Of a DNA stretch of 64,000 nt, positions 1-10,395 are shown one piece after another; the first letter of the stretch is position 1, and the number at the start of each line of letters is the position of its first letter. Position numbers and translations under genes: made by a program. A model generated the notes under the pieces. The model was not told the origin of the DNA and made no database searches. It was given only the letters and a program-made list of their open reading frames with translations. Origin of the DNA: Bacteroidia bacterium. Lineage in GTDB: Bacteria; Bacteroidota; Bacteroidia; UKL13-3. Where the stretch lies: contig JBIIBC010000002.1 of the NCBI GenBank assembly GCA_044239605.1, positions 135,441 through 199,440 of the forward strand, read 5' to 3'.

Positions 1-24
1 CCCAATATCATCAATAGTGCAAAT

Positions 25-3000
25 ATGGAAATTGTAGAAAAATATACTCCTGTAAATAAAATAAGAATTGTAACCGCTGCTGCTTTGTTCGATGGACATG
101 ATGCTGCCATAAACATTATGCGCAGAATTATCCAATCAACTGGTGCTGAGGTAATACATTTAGGACACGACAGAAGTGCGGAAGAAGTAGTAGATACTGC
201 CATTCAGGAAGATGCCAATGCAATAGCCATGACTAGTTACCAAGGTGGACACGTGGAGTATTTTAAGTTTATGCACGATTTACTGCAAGAAAAAGGTTGC
301 GGACATATAAAAATATTTGGAGGTGGCGGAGGTGTAATTTTACCTACCGAAATTGCTGAACTTCATGCTTACGGAATTTCAAGAATTTACTCTCCTGATG
401 ATGGGCGTGCTATGGGATTGCAAGGCATGATTAACGATATGCTTCAGCAATCTGATTTTGCCACTGGCGCAAATTTACTAGCCGATGCAAAAGAAATTAA
501 CCAAAAAGTAAAAGAACAAGATTATAAATCGATTGCTAAATTAATCTCCGCAGCCGAAAATTTCCCTGACGAATTTCACAAGGTATTCAACGTAGAGACG
601 TTGCATGCAACGTCTGTTCAAACCCCAATTCTTGGTATTACCGGAACAGGTGGTGCAGGAAAATCATCATTGGTAGATGAATTGGTGCGTAGGTTTTTGA
701 TGGATTTTGAAGATAAAAGCATTGCAATTATTTCTGTTGACCCTAGTAAACGTAAAACTGGTGGTGCATTGTTAGGCGATAGAATTAGAATGAACGCAAT
801 CAAAAATCCTCGTGTTTATATGCGTTCATTGGCTACTCGTCAAAGTAATTTGGCGTTATCAAAATATGTAAAAGAAGCCATTGATGTAATCAAAGCTGCA
901 CAATTTGATTTGATTATTTTAGAAACTTCGGGCATTGGCCAAAGCGATACTGAAATAATTGAACACAGCGATATGAGTTTGTATGTAATGACACCTGAAT
1001 ATGGTGCTGCTACACAACTTGAAAAAATTGATATGCTTGATTTTGCCGACATCATTGCATTAAATAAATTTGATAAAAAAGGTTCGTTAGACGCATTGAG
1101 AGATGTAAAAAAACAATACCAACGAAACCATCAGTTGTTTGATAAAAACCCTGATGATATGCCTGTTTTTGGTACTATTGCTTCGCAGTTTAACGACCCC
1201 GGAATGAATAGATTGTATAAATCTATCATGAATAAATTGGTGGAGAAAACGGGTGCTAATTTGAAATCAGATTACCACATCAGCGAGGAAATGAGTGAAA
1301 AGATTTACATCATTCCGCCTGCAAGAAACCGTTACTTATCTGAAATTTCAGAGAACAACCGTAACTATGATAAATGGGTTGCTAAACAATCTGAAATTGC
1401 TGATAAATTATTTGGTTTAAAATCATCAATCGAAACCATTGCGGCCTCTAAAATGGATAATAAAGACCGTTTATTAAAAGGTTTAGAAGAAGCATATCAA
1501 ACAGTAAACTTAGATTTAGATCCTCGTAATAAAATATTGCTTGAAACTTGGAGCGAAAAAATTGCTCAATACCAAAACGAGTTTTATATTTTTAAAGTGC
1601 GTGATAAAGAAATCAAAATTAAAACACATTCTGAATCCTTATCGCATTTGCAAATACCAAAAGTTGCTGTACCTAAATTTAAAGGTTGGGGCGATATTTT
1701 GCGTTGGTCGTTGCAAGAAAATTTCCCTGGCGAATTTCCATACACTGCGGGTATTTATCCGTTTAAGCGAGAAGGCGAAGACCCAACTAGAATGTTTGCC
1801 GGTGAAGGCGGACCAGAAAGAACCAACAAACGTTTTCATTATGTGAGTAAAGGCATGCCAGCAAAACGTTTAAGTACTGCCTTTGATTCGGTTACTTTAT
1901 ACGGACAAGACCCTGACCACAGACCAGATATTTATGGAAAAGTAGGTAATTCAGGTGTGAGTGTTTGGAGTTTAGATGCAGCTAAAAAATTGTATTCAGG
2001 CTTTAATCTTGCTGACCCTAAAACTTCGGTATCCATGACCATTAATGGGCCTGCGGCAATTATTTGTGCATTTTTCATGAATGCTGCCATTGATCAACAA
2101 TGCGAGATTTACATCAGACAAAATGGTTTGGAAGCTGAAGTAAATGAAAAATTAGAAGCCATTTTTAAAGCAAGAGGAACAGCAAGACCAACTTATAACG
2201 AAGAAATTCCAGAAGGAAATGATGGCCTAGGTTTAATGCTTTTAGGCGTTACAGGCGATATGGTTTTGCCAGCCGATGTATATCAAAAAATTAAGGTAGA
2301 AACTTTAAAACAAGTTCGCGGAACGGTTCAAGCTGATATTTTAAAAGAAGACCAAGCACAAAATACTTGTATATTCTCAACCGAGTTCTCATTACGCGTA
2401 ATGGGCGATGTACAGCAATATTTTATCAATAATGCAGTGCGTAATTTTTATTCGGTTTCTATAAGTGGATACCACATTGCCGAGGCAGGTGCAAACCCAA
2501 TTACGCAATTGGCTTTAACGCTTTCAAACGGATTTACTTTTGTAGAATATTACCTAAGCCGTGGAATGAATATTGATGATTTTGCGCCAAATCTTTCATT
2601 CTTCTTTAGTAATGGAATTGACCCTGAATATTCAGTAATTGGAAGGGTAAGTCGTAGAATTTGGGCCAAAGCCATGAAGTTAAAATATGGTGGAAACGAA
2701 CGCAGCCAAATGATGAAATACCATATTCAAACAAGTGGTAGAAGTTTGCATGCGCAAGAAATTGACTTTAACGATATTCGTACAACCTTACAAGCACTTT
2801 ACGCCATTTACGACAACTGTAATTCGTTACACACCAATGCGTATGATGAAGCCATCACAACGCCAACGGAAGAATCTGTGCGTAGGGCAATGGCTATTCA
2901 GTTAATCATTAACCGTGAGTTAGGTTTGGCTAAAAACGAGAATCCTTTGCAAGGTTCGTTTATCATTGAAGAATTAACTGATTTGGTAGAAGAAGCTGTA

Positions 3001-3417
3001 TTGGCTGAGTTTGATAAAATTAACGAGCGTGGTGGTGTGTTAGGTGCCATGGAAACCATGTACCAACGCAATAAAATACAAGAAGAAAGTATGTATTACG
3101 AAATGTTAAAACATACGGGCGAATATCCAATTATTGGGGTAAATACTTTTTTAAGTTCAAAAGGTTCACCAACAGTTATTCCGCAAGAAGTAATTCGTTC
3201 AACCACTGAAGAGAAAGAATTCCAAATAACAATGTTGAATCAATTAAAGCAAAGCAACGAAGAAAAAGGAAAAGAAATGTTGGCTAAAATTCAACAAGTA
3301 GCAATCCATAACGGAAACATATTTGAAGCCTTAATGGAAACAGTAAAATACTGCTCATTAGGACAAATTACCAACGCCTTATTTGAAGTAGGCGGGCAGT
3401 ACAGAAGGAATATGTAA
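25..3417 (+). CDS. icmF: Fused isobutyryl-CoA mutase IcmF: B12-binding domain, MeaB-like G-protein and mutase barrel in one chain
   Basis: N-terminal B12-binding region ([11 protein letters not shown]...HLGHD). Central MeaB/ArgK P-loop [13 protein letters not shown]-terminal mutase substrate-barrel motifs ([22 protein letters not shown]). The 1130-aa length fits fused IcmF. Confidence 0.85.
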   Translation: MEIVEKYTPVNKIRIVTAAALFDGHDAAINIMRRIIQSTGAEVIHLGHDRSAEEVVDTAIQEDANAIAMTSYQGGHVEYFKFMHDLLQEKGCGHIKIFGGGGGVILPTEIAELHAYGISRIYSPDDGRAMGLQGMINDMLQQSDFATGANLLADAKEINQKVKEQDYKSIAKLISAAENFPDEFHKVFNVETLHATSVQTPILGITGTGGAGKSSLVDELVRRFLMDFEDKSIAIISVDPSKRKTGGALLGDRIRMNAIKNPRVYMRSLATRQSNLALSKYVKEAIDVIKAAQFDLIILETSGIGQSDTEIIEHSDMSLYVMTPEYGAATQLEKIDMLDFADIIALNKFDKKGSLDALRDVKKQYQRNHQLFDKNPDDMPVFGTIASQFNDPGMNRLYKSIMNKLVEKTGANLKSDYHISEEMSEKIYIIPPARNRYLSEISENNRNYDKWVAKQSEIADKLFGLKSSIETIAASKMDNKDRLLKGLEEAYQTVNLDLDPRNKILLETWSEKIAQYQNEFYIFKVRDKEIKIKTHSESLSHLQIPKVAVPKFKGWGDILRWSLQENFPGEFPYTAGIYPFKREGEDPTRMFAGEGGPERTNKRFHYVSKGMPAKRLSTAFDSVTLYGQDPDHRPDIYGKVGNSGVSVWSLDAAKKLYSGFNLADPKTSVSMTINGPAAIICAFFMNAAIDQQCEIYIRQNGLEAEVNEKLEAIFKARGTARPTYNEEIPEGNDGLGLMLLGVTGDMVLPADVYQKIKVETLKQVRGTVQADILKEDQAQNTCIFSTEFSLRVMGDVQQYFINNAVRNFYSVSISGYHIAEAGANPITQLALTLSNGFTFVEYYLSRGMNIDDFAPNLSFFFSNGIDPEYSVIGRVSRRIWAKAMKLKYGGNERSQMMKYHIQTSGRSLHAQEIDFNDIRTTLQALYAIYDNCNSLHTNAYDEAITTPTEESVRRAMAIQLIINRELGLAKNENPLQGSFIIEELTDLVEEAVLAEFDKINERGGVLGAMETMYQRNKIQEESMYYEMLKHTGEYPIIGVNTFLSSKGSPTVIPQEVIRSTTEEKEFQITMLNQLKQSNEEKGKEMLAKIQQVAIHNGNIFEALMETVKYCSLGQITNALFEVGGQYRRNM

Positions 3418-3418
3418 G
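3331..3418 (+). repeat. Direct repeat copy 1 (88 bp): the in-frame 3' end of icmF, attL-like
   Basis: Matches 5607..5694. The first 44 nt are identical. The remaining differences are 8 substitutions, all synonymous for the IcmF C-terminus [27 protein letters not shown]. Confidence 0.8.
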
Positions 3419-3432
3419 CGGAGATTTCGATA

Positions 3433-5559
3433 TTGTCCCAAATGAGTATGACTTATAGAATACTTGAAATCAAAGAATTATTAGATGTAAAAACTATGAA
3501 AAGAAATTTAAAGTTAAAAAAAGCAATATTTATTGTTTTTATAATATACGCTGATATAGTATTTTCTCAAAATTACATTTTACCAAAAACATTGGTAATT
3601 GAAAAAAACAATTTATCTCAGAAACATATCAAAGAACAGTTAGTTCTTTTTAAAAACAATAATGAATTTAAAACTGAGGATTATTTTAAAATAGAAAATA
3701 CAATTTATAATTGTAACTTATTAGTAAATGAAAAATTAAAACATTGTGATTTAGAGTTTGAAAATTATAATAATAAAAAGAAGGATTTAATTAGATACGG
3801 GGATATTAAAAAATTAAAAGAACAAATTTTAGAACTTGAAAAAAGCAAGGAGAAAATCAAGATTCAATTAGACAATGAACTTGAAAATGTAAATATTAAA
3901 GGCCTTTTTTTATTTTTTGTTCAAGGGATGAATCCATATGAAAAACCCTCTGATCCAGAGATAAACTCAATTGCAATAAGAGAAATATCCCCTATTGCAA
4001 TTGAAGATTTGAATGGAATTTTTATTAATTCGTTTACGGAAATTTTTAAAAGCGAAAAAAGCAGTTTATATCAAAAATATATTATAGCTAAAGTTAGTGG
4101 AGTACTAAAAATTGAGGAAGTTAGGTTTAGTCAATTTGTAAATAAATTTTCTGGTTTTTTTATTATTGTAAAATGTAATGTTTCTCCATTAAAATCAAAC
4201 ATAATTACATCAAATAAAATTTATAATAATTTGCAAAAAAAGTATACAGTTGTTAATTTGTTGAAATGTGATTCAATTTATGAAAAAATAAGTATGTTTG
4301 ATTTGTCAGATAATGATATTTCAATAATAAACTCATACATTAAGAGTAATTTAGAAATTATTAATCACGAAAATTTGATATCAAAAGAAGATCAGAAAAG
4401 AATAATTAGATATACAAATCAAAAATTAGAGGAAATTGAAGAGGAAATATTATTACTTCAAAAGAAATTAGATTTTAAAATATTTAATATAAAACAAATT
4501 ATTAATACTAATTCTGAAATAAAATATAGTTTAAATAATATAGAAGATGCTATTGAGAATACTCTTAAATTTTTTAACATAAAATTAAAAGAAAATAGAC
4601 TTGAATATTATTCAATAAAGGAGAATGAACTTGTTTCAGTTTATGATGTAAAAATAACTAGTCATAACGATTTTAATGACGATATTTCTAATCAAACATT
4701 AGAAATTTTAGAAAATATAAAAGAAAAATATTCTTTTGTTGAAGAATATTTAAAAGAGCAAGTGATGTATAATAGTGAAATGACACTTAATAACGAGGGA
4801 CTAACAAAGAAGAAATATCGTGAAATTGAGAAAATTTGGCTTTATATTATACCGGATAATGGAGTATATAGGATAACAGTAGTAGCGAAATTTAATTTTA
4901 TAGCAAAATTAAAAATTACAGATAAAGATAAGTTTAATTTAATTTGTAGTAAAGAGTCATTTGTTAAAAATGATTTAATTGGACTAACAGAAGGTTTAAT
5001 AAGCTTAAGTTATAATTTACAAAATATTGAAGATGAAATTACTTCAAGTTATTTAGATGAGATTCCGAGAGGTGATTATTATATAAAAAGCGATTATCGT
5101 GATAAAAAATCATTTCGAAAAGTTATAAATGTAACCTTCAATAAAAACAGCTTACTGCGAGTTCAGTCAGTGAAAGACTCAAACTCAAATTCACAAACAA
5201 CAGAATTAACCCGAATAATTTTCTCAAATGTATTATATGGTTTAAATTCATTTGATACTTTACAATATTACAAAAGTTGTAATATTTCTGAACAAACTCA
5301 AAATTTTAAGTTTATATTCAATAATATAGAAATCTTGGAACCTTTCGAAAAGATTGCTGTAGGTCACATTTATGATTTATTATTTAATGTAGTTTATTCT
5401 AATGAATTGTTAGATTCAACTAAAAATAACATAAAGTTTTGCCAAAGCAATCAAAGCATTAAAGAAAATTTAGTAGATAAAATTAATAAATTTGGATCTA
5501 TTTATGATAAAGAAAAATTCAACAATTGTGTTAATAAAGTTTTAGGAAAATATAATTAA
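3433..5559 (+). CDS. Hypothetical secreted, Asn/Lys/Ile/Glu-rich coiled-coil protein. Probable true start is ATG at 3496 (signal peptide MKRNLKLKKAIFIVFIIYADIVFSQ). Cargo of the insertion in the icmF 3' end.
   Basis: Long ORF with AT content far above neighbouring icmF. Signal-peptide-like N-terminus after an internal Met. No recognisable catalytic motifs. Bounded by 88-bp direct repeats. Confidence 0.55.
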   Translation: MSQMSMTYRILEIKELLDVKTMKRNLKLKKAIFIVFIIYADIVFSQNYILPKTLVIEKNNLSQKHIKEQLVLFKNNNEFKTEDYFKIENTIYNCNLLVNEKLKHCDLEFENYNNKKKDLIRYGDIKKLKEQILELEKSKEKIKIQLDNELENVNIKGLFLFFVQGMNPYEKPSDPEINSIAIREISPIAIEDLNGIFINSFTEIFKSEKSSLYQKYIIAKVSGVLKIEEVRFSQFVNKFSGFFIIVKCNVSPLKSNIITSNKIYNNLQKKYTVVNLLKCDSIYEKISMFDLSDNDISIINSYIKSNLEIINHENLISKEDQKRIIRYTNQKLEEIEEEILLLQKKLDFKIFNIKQIINTNSEIKYSLNNIEDAIENTLKFFNIKLKENRLEYYSIKENELVSVYDVKITSHNDFNDDISNQTLEILENIKEKYSFVEEYLKEQVMYNSEMTLNNEGLTKKKYREIEKIWLYIIPDNGVYRITVVAKFNFIAKLKITDKDKFNLICSKESFVKNDLIGLTEGLISLSYNLQNIEDEITSSYLDEIPRGDYYIKSDYRDKKSFRKVINVTFNKNSLLRVQSVKDSNSNSQTTELTRIIFSNVLYGLNSFDTLQYYKSCNISEQTQNFKFIFNNIEILEPFEKIAVGHIYDLLFNVVYSNELLDSTKNNIKFCQSNQSIKENLVDKINKFGSIYDKEKFNNCVNKVLGKYN

Positions 5560-5606
5560 TTCAAACTTTTTATTTTAACAAATATAATATTTGTAATCAT
5601 TAATGT

Positions 5607-5694
5607 TTAATGGAAACAGTAAAATACTGCTCATTAGGACAAATTACCAATGCCTTATTTGAAGTTGGTGGACAGTATAGAAGAAACATGTAAG
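5607..5694 (+). repeat. Direct repeat copy 2 (88 bp): displaced, untranslated duplicate of the icmF 3' end, attR-like
   Basis: Encodes the same 27 aa plus stop as 3337..3417 using different synonymous codons. Followed by the hairpin at 5780..5807 that looks like the original icmF terminator. Confidence 0.8.
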
Positions 5695-5779
5695 GATTTG
5701 TGATTTTTGAATGATGCTTTTTGAATGATGGTTGCGGAGCTTGTCGAGGCATGAATGATTTTCGAACAGATGAGAAGGT

Positions 5780-5807
5780 GTAGAGACGTTTAATTAAACG
5801 TCTCTAC
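5780..5807 (+). terminator. Perfect 12-bp-stem hairpin (gtagagacgttt-aatt-aaacgtctctac), probable ancestral icmF terminator
   Basis: Perfect inverted repeat seen directly, about 85 bp after repeat copy 2. It lacks a strong T-tract, so function as a terminator is inferred. Confidence 0.45.
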
Positions 5808-5943
5808 AGAAGCAGAATCAATCAAATTTTGAATGGCAACCTCGATTTTGCTAAAATAATATTGAAATGAATTTATTGGAAATGTATTAGCCATTACAAC
5901 AATAAAAATTTTCTATTATTATTGAATTGTGATTTAAAAAATT

Positions 5944-6402
5944 ATGCTTGAAGAAAATTTATCATTTACCAATAAATCAGTTAAAAGTAAATTCAATTTA
6001 ATTATAGGTTTAGCAATTGTATTAATAGTTGGTGGAATCGGTAGTTTATTATACAATTTTATAGATAAAGGACTCTTTATTCCTGTTTGTATTGGTGGAT
6101 TTATCAGTGCTTATATTTTCAATTACAATAGTTTTAATAAAATAACTATTACACCAAATGGTATTGTTTTTTTAAACACGTTTTTCAAAAGGAAACATTA
6201 TTTTGGGTTTTCAGAAATAACCAAATTCAAAAGCAATATCAGCACAAATACCATTACTAACGAGAAGAGTTTTACTATAATTGAACTTGAGTTTGGAGAC
6301 AAATTATCAATAAACCTCAATGAACAAGATTTTGATGATTTTGAATTATTAAAACATACCATTCATTCAAAAATAATAACAGAAAGAAGTATTTCTAATT
6401 AA
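5944..6402 (+). CDS. Hypothetical membrane protein: two N-terminal TM helices plus a small soluble domain (bacterial PH-like?)
   Basis: Hydrophobic segments LIIGLAIVLIVGGIGSLLY and IPVCIGGFISAYIF. No catalytic motif. Confidence 0.4.
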   Translation: MLEENLSFTNKSVKSKFNLIIGLAIVLIVGGIGSLLYNFIDKGLFIPVCIGGFISAYIFNYNSFNKITITPNGIVFLNTFFKRKHYFGFSEITKFKSNISTNTITNEKSFTIIELEFGDKLSINLNEQDFDDFELLKHTIHSKIITERSISN

Positions 6403-6428
6403 ACTCAATCAATTATTCTAAAAGACTT

Positions 6429-6875
6429 TTACCTTCTCCTGGTATCACAAACTTGAATAATTTTCCAGTTTCCGTTTTCATAAAATAGTTGAAAAGCATC
6501 TACTCCTTTATGCGAGAATTTACCATTTACATAAAATTCATAATCAGCCCAAACACTTGCCATGGGGTAATCTACTTTTATATCAAATTGAGTAATGCGT
6601 TCTTCTATTTGTAAGTTACGTTTTTTTATAGTTAACACTTGTAGTAAAAAACTATCTACAGATTCGTTTTCAAGCGCAGTAATATTTGTTTTATTGTTTA
6701 AAAGGGCAGTTTGAAATCTTGCAGTTTTATGCAAACATTTGTTAATTATACTGGTATCGCTTTTTTGCATTCCTTCAAAAAATAACAAAATGGTTTCTTT
6801 AATGTTGGTTTTGTATGTTTGTGTAAAACCCGAATAAGGAACTACAAATAATAAAAGTACCCAAAAATTTCTCAT
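6429..6875 (-). CDS. Secreted NTF2-like/SnoaL-like (DUF4440-like) protein
   Basis: Signal peptide MRNFWVLLLFVVPYSGFTQ. Short alpha+beta cone-like C-terminus (YEFYVNGKFSHKGVDAFQLFYENGNWKI). Confidence 0.35.
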   Translation of the reverse strand: MRNFWVLLLFVVPYSGFTQTYKTNIKETILLFFEGMQKSDTSIINKCLHKTARFQTALLNNKTNITALENESVDSFLLQVLTIKKRNLQIEERITQFDIKVDYPMASVWADYEFYVNGKFSHKGVDAFQLFYENGNWKIIQVCDTRRR

Positions 6876-7004
6876 AATTTTTAAAATTAAATTTTTTCAA
6901 TAATAGATAAAACCAGAAATTATAAATCATTGCATATATTGAGTGGCGTCATGTTTTATAAAAATCAAAAAAATCAATTTGCACCTTAATAAAATACCTG
7001 TATT

Positions 7005-7775
7005 ATGATACGTTTTGATTTTATAGAAGCCAATAAAGAAAAGTACCGTGAAAAATTTTTAACTGCAAAACCATTTCCTCATATTGCTATTGATGGACTT
7101 TGCGATGTAGTTAAATTAACTGAATTATATAATAATATTCCAGAAATTGAAACTTCGAGTGCTGATTATGTTTTTGCGAAAAATAAGTTTGAAAAATCAA
7201 AGTTTAAGGAATTAGGTGGCGTATTTGAAGAACTTTACAACGATTTAACCAGTTTGAGATTTAAAATTTGGATTTCATATATTACCAATGAAAATGTTTT
7301 TATAGATGATACTTTTTATGGTGGAGGAATTCACCAAGGGCGTGAAGGCAGTTTTTTAGATATGCATGCTGACTTTAACTATCATCCATTGGTTGAAACT
7401 TGGTATCGTAATTTAAACTTATTGCTTTATATCAATAAAGATTGGCAAGAAAACTATGGCGGGCATTTACGTTTGGAAGATGAACGCACTGGAGTAAAAA
7501 CCGAAGTTGGAGTTCCCTTTAACCGTTTGGCTATCATGCATTGCAGGTCTTACACCTTACATGGTTATGATCCAATCAATTTTCCAAAAGGAACTGCTCG
7601 CACTTCCATAGCGGCTTATGCTTATACGGTTCATGAAAATAATTTTGAAGCTCCACGAACTACTGTTTGGCATGTTAAAAAAGACAATCCAATAAAATAT
7701 GCTTTATCAAAAATTTGGGTTCCAGCAGTAAAACTAAAAAGTATGTTTTTGAAAAGCAACACTGCTAATCACTAA
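7005..7775 (+). CDS. Putative 2OG-Fe(II) oxygenase superfamily protein
   Basis: HxD...H arrangement (LDMHADFNYH ... HLRLEDE ... MHCRSYTLHGYD). Size about 250 aa. Confidence 0.35.
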   Translation: MIRFDFIEANKEKYREKFLTAKPFPHIAIDGLCDVVKLTELYNNIPEIETSSADYVFAKNKFEKSKFKELGGVFEELYNDLTSLRFKIWISYITNENVFIDDTFYGGGIHQGREGSFLDMHADFNYHPLVETWYRNLNLLLYINKDWQENYGGHLRLEDERTGVKTEVGVPFNRLAIMHCRSYTLHGYDPINFPKGTARTSIAAYAYTVHENNFEAPRTTVWHVKKDNPIKYALSKIWVPAVKLKSMFLKSNTANH

Positions 7776-7794
7776 TAATTAACTAATTAACAAA

Positions 7795-7825
7795 AAGCTG
7801 TTGTAAAATATACCAGCTTTTTTTG
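7795..7825 (+). terminator. Hairpin flanked by A/T runs (aaaaagctg ... cagcttttttt)
   Basis: Inverted repeat with a T-tract directly downstream of the 7005..7775 CDS. Confidence 0.45.
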
Positions 7826-7876
7826 TTGGTAAACTTTACAACAAAACACTTTTAGTTTTTATAAGTTTGTACCGTT

Positions 7877-8215
7877 ATGGAATGGAATAAATTAAATGAA
7901 CTAGAGCAATTAGAAGAAATAAATAAAGCTTCATTTGAAGCCCCAGTAATGATTTTTAAACACAGTACACGTTGCAGTATCAGTTCAAGTGCACTAAATA
8001 GAGTTGAGCGTAATTGGAATAATGAACAAGATGATATTAAAGTAAAACCTTATTACCTTGATTTAATTTCGTATCGTAATGTTTCGAACGAAATTGCTAA
8101 AAAATGGAATATTGAACATCAATCGCCTCAAGTATTGATTATTAAAAATGGAACTTGTATTTATACTGAAACTCATATGGCTATAAATTATGATGAAATA
8201 ATAAATTTAAAATGA
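7877..8215 (+). CDS. ytxJ: YtxJ-like thioredoxin-fold protein (DUF2847, bacillithiol-system associated)
   Basis: About 110 aa with a single-Cys motif TRCSIS, comparable to the YtxJ TCPIS motif. Confidence 0.5.
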   Translation: MEWNKLNELEQLEEINKASFEAPVMIFKHSTRCSISSSALNRVERNWNNEQDDIKVKPYYLDLISYRNVSNEIAKKWNIEHQSPQVLIIKNGTCIYTETHMAINYDEIINLK

Positions 8216-8266
8216 TTTAAATATACTATAAAATAGCTTAATATTGAACTACCAAAAAATTTAAAA

Positions 8267-10363
8267 ATGCAAATAGATATAGCTACACTTAAATTAGTAT
8301 TATGTTTAATAAATATTTTAAATTTATGTATTTTATTTATTCAGTATTTATCTAACAAAGAATATAAAGGCATTCTTCATTGGATTGCTGGTTTTGGCTT
8401 TATTGCCTTATCGCAAATAATTACATTAGAATTTGTTTTTCCTCCACATAAGTTCACCCCTTTATTTTCCGACTTATCCATTGTTTTCGGATTCTCCATA
8501 GTTTTAGTTGGTATCAACTACTTTATTTCTGCAAAGTACAATAATACTTTTCATCTAATTTCGGCAACCTTAGTACTGGTTATTATTGCTACTCTATACC
8601 TTAATGATTTATTACTTATAGAAAAAATATTTCTTTCCCTCATAAAATCAATCATTTGCTTTCAAATTGTAGCCACCTTATGGTGCGCAAAAATTACAAC
8701 CATAAAAAGAACTACCAATTTTATAGGAATACTATTTTTCACCTACGCAAGTGTATTCTTATTACAATCAATTTCTATTTTAATTAATGGCATAAATACC
8801 AACCTAAACTCCCCTATTTTCATTGTAATTTATTTATTCTCCATCATAGTTGGTATCATTTCAACTTTTGGATTTACCTTTTTGGTAAATCAGCGATTAA
8901 TAGGAGAAAGAGAAAAGGTAGAAAATAATGCACAGCTAGTTCAGTATGCTGTAAACAATACCTTAGATGCAGTATATTGGGTAAAAAAAGATGGTACTTT
9001 TTTAGAATTAAATAAATCAGCTCATAATATTTTAGGATATACATACAAAGAACTAATGAACTTATCTGTTCCTGAAATTGACCCAGAATATGATAAGGAA
9101 ATTTGGCCAAAACACTGGGATGAATTAAAAGAAAAAAAATCAATGACATTTCACAGTCAGCATGTTACTAAAGATGGAAAGATTATTCCTACAGAAGTAA
9201 ATGCTAATTATATTTTTTTTAATGGACAAGAAATTAATTGTGCCTTTGTTAGAGATATTTCGGAGAGAAAAAAAGCAGAACAAAATTTAATTGCAACAAA
9301 AAATCACCTAAAGGCTGTTTTAGACTCTGAGCCAGAATGTATAAAACTACTCAGTAGAGAAATGATACTTTTAGATATGAATCCTGCAGGGCTTGAAATG
9401 ATAGGTGCAGATAATTTAGAACAAGTGTTAGGAAAAAGTGTTCTTGGTGTTGTTAAAAACGAATACCAAGATGCTTTTAAAAAACAAACCGAAAATGTTT
9501 TTAATGGTAAAAGTGGAGTAATAGAGTTTGAAATAATTGGTTTAAAAGGCGAGCACAAATGGTTAGAAACACACTCAGTTCCTATGAAAGACAATTCAGG
9601 GAAAATAATTTCACTATTAGCCATTACAAGAGATATTACCGAACGTAAAAAATCTGAACAAAAAATGAATGAATTGATGGTTGATACCATTGATAAAAAT
9701 AATCGTTTGCAAAATTTCGCACATATTGTTTCACATAATATTAGGTCGCATGCAGCAAATTTTAGCGGTTTGCTTGAAATTATAAAAGATGCAAAAAATG
9801 AAGACGAAAAGAAACTATACTTTGAATATTTAAATTCAAGTAGTGTAAAACTATCTGAAACTATAGATAATTTAAATGAAATTATTACGATTCAATCAAA
9901 TAATTCATTGCCGATAGAACAATTAGAATTAAAAAAAGAAATTGATAAAACGATTAAATCGCTAAATTTTAGTATCCTAGAACATCATGTATTAATTGAA
10001 AATAATATTTCATACAACGTAGTAATAAATTCTATTCCTGCTTATTTTGATAGCATTATATTAAATTTGATAACCAATGCCATAAAATATAGAGCAACGA
10101 ACAGAACACCCATTATAAAAATTTCAAGCAAGGTAGAAAAAGATTACACTATTTTATTTATTGAAGATAATGGATTAGGTATAGACCTAGAAAAAAATGG
10201 AGGCAAGTTGTTTGGAATGTATAAAACTTTTAATGGCAATAGCGATGCAAAAGGAATTGGTTTGTTTATCACAAAAAATCAAATTGAAGCCATGAAAGGA
10301 AAAATAGAGGTAAGTAGCAAATTGGACGTGGGAACTACTTTTATTATTTATTTTAAAAATTAG
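8267..10363 (+). CDS. Membrane sensor histidine kinase: N-terminal polytopic TM region, two PAS domains, HisKA, HATPase_c
   Basis: About 6 TM helices at the N-terminus. PAS-like segments. H-box FAHIVSHNIRSHAAN. N/G-box motifs (ITNAIKY, DNGLGID, GIGLFI). No response regulator adjacent. Confidence 0.8.
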   Translation: MQIDIATLKLVLCLINILNLCILFIQYLSNKEYKGILHWIAGFGFIALSQIITLEFVFPPHKFTPLFSDLSIVFGFSIVLVGINYFISAKYNNTFHLISATLVLVIIATLYLNDLLLIEKIFLSLIKSIICFQIVATLWCAKITTIKRTTNFIGILFFTYASVFLLQSISILINGINTNLNSPIFIVIYLFSIIVGIISTFGFTFLVNQRLIGEREKVENNAQLVQYAVNNTLDAVYWVKKDGTFLELNKSAHNILGYTYKELMNLSVPEIDPEYDKEIWPKHWDELKEKKSMTFHSQHVTKDGKIIPTEVNANYIFFNGQEINCAFVRDISERKKAEQNLIATKNHLKAVLDSEPECIKLLSREMILLDMNPAGLEMIGADNLEQVLGKSVLGVVKNEYQDAFKKQTENVFNGKSGVIEFEIIGLKGEHKWLETHSVPMKDNSGKIISLLAITRDITERKKSEQKMNELMVDTIDKNNRLQNFAHIVSHNIRSHAANFSGLLEIIKDAKNEDEKKLYFEYLNSSSVKLSETIDNLNEIITIQSNNSLPIEQLELKKEIDKTIKSLNFSILEHHVLIENNISYNVVINSIPAYFDSIILNLITNAIKYRATNRTPIIKISSKVEKDYTILFIEDNGLGIDLEKNGGKLFGMYKTFNGNSDAKGIGLFITKNQIEAMKGKIEVSSKLDVGTTFIIYFKN

Positions 10364-10395
10364 TTAAACATTTACTCAAATCGTAAATGTTTAAC
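10363..10395. terminator. Bidirectional terminator: perfect 13-bp inverted repeat (gttaaacatttac / gtaaatgtttaac) spanning both convergent stop codons
   Basis: Seen directly between the convergent genes 8267..10363 (+) and 10372..11145 (-). Confidence 0.55.

Noticed and set aside
618-1846. Small ORFs (61-101 aa) on either strand inside icmF
   Set aside because: They lie entirely within a long, well-supported CDS and have low-complexity translations. These are typical spurious antisense or alternate-frame ORFs.
5701-5730. Tandem duplication tttttgaatgatg x2
   Set aside because: Only two short copies. It is probably replication slippage with no evident function.
8874-9690. Antisense ORFs of 91 and 128 aa inside the sensor kinase gene
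   Set aside because: They are embedded in a well-supported CDS on the opposite strand.
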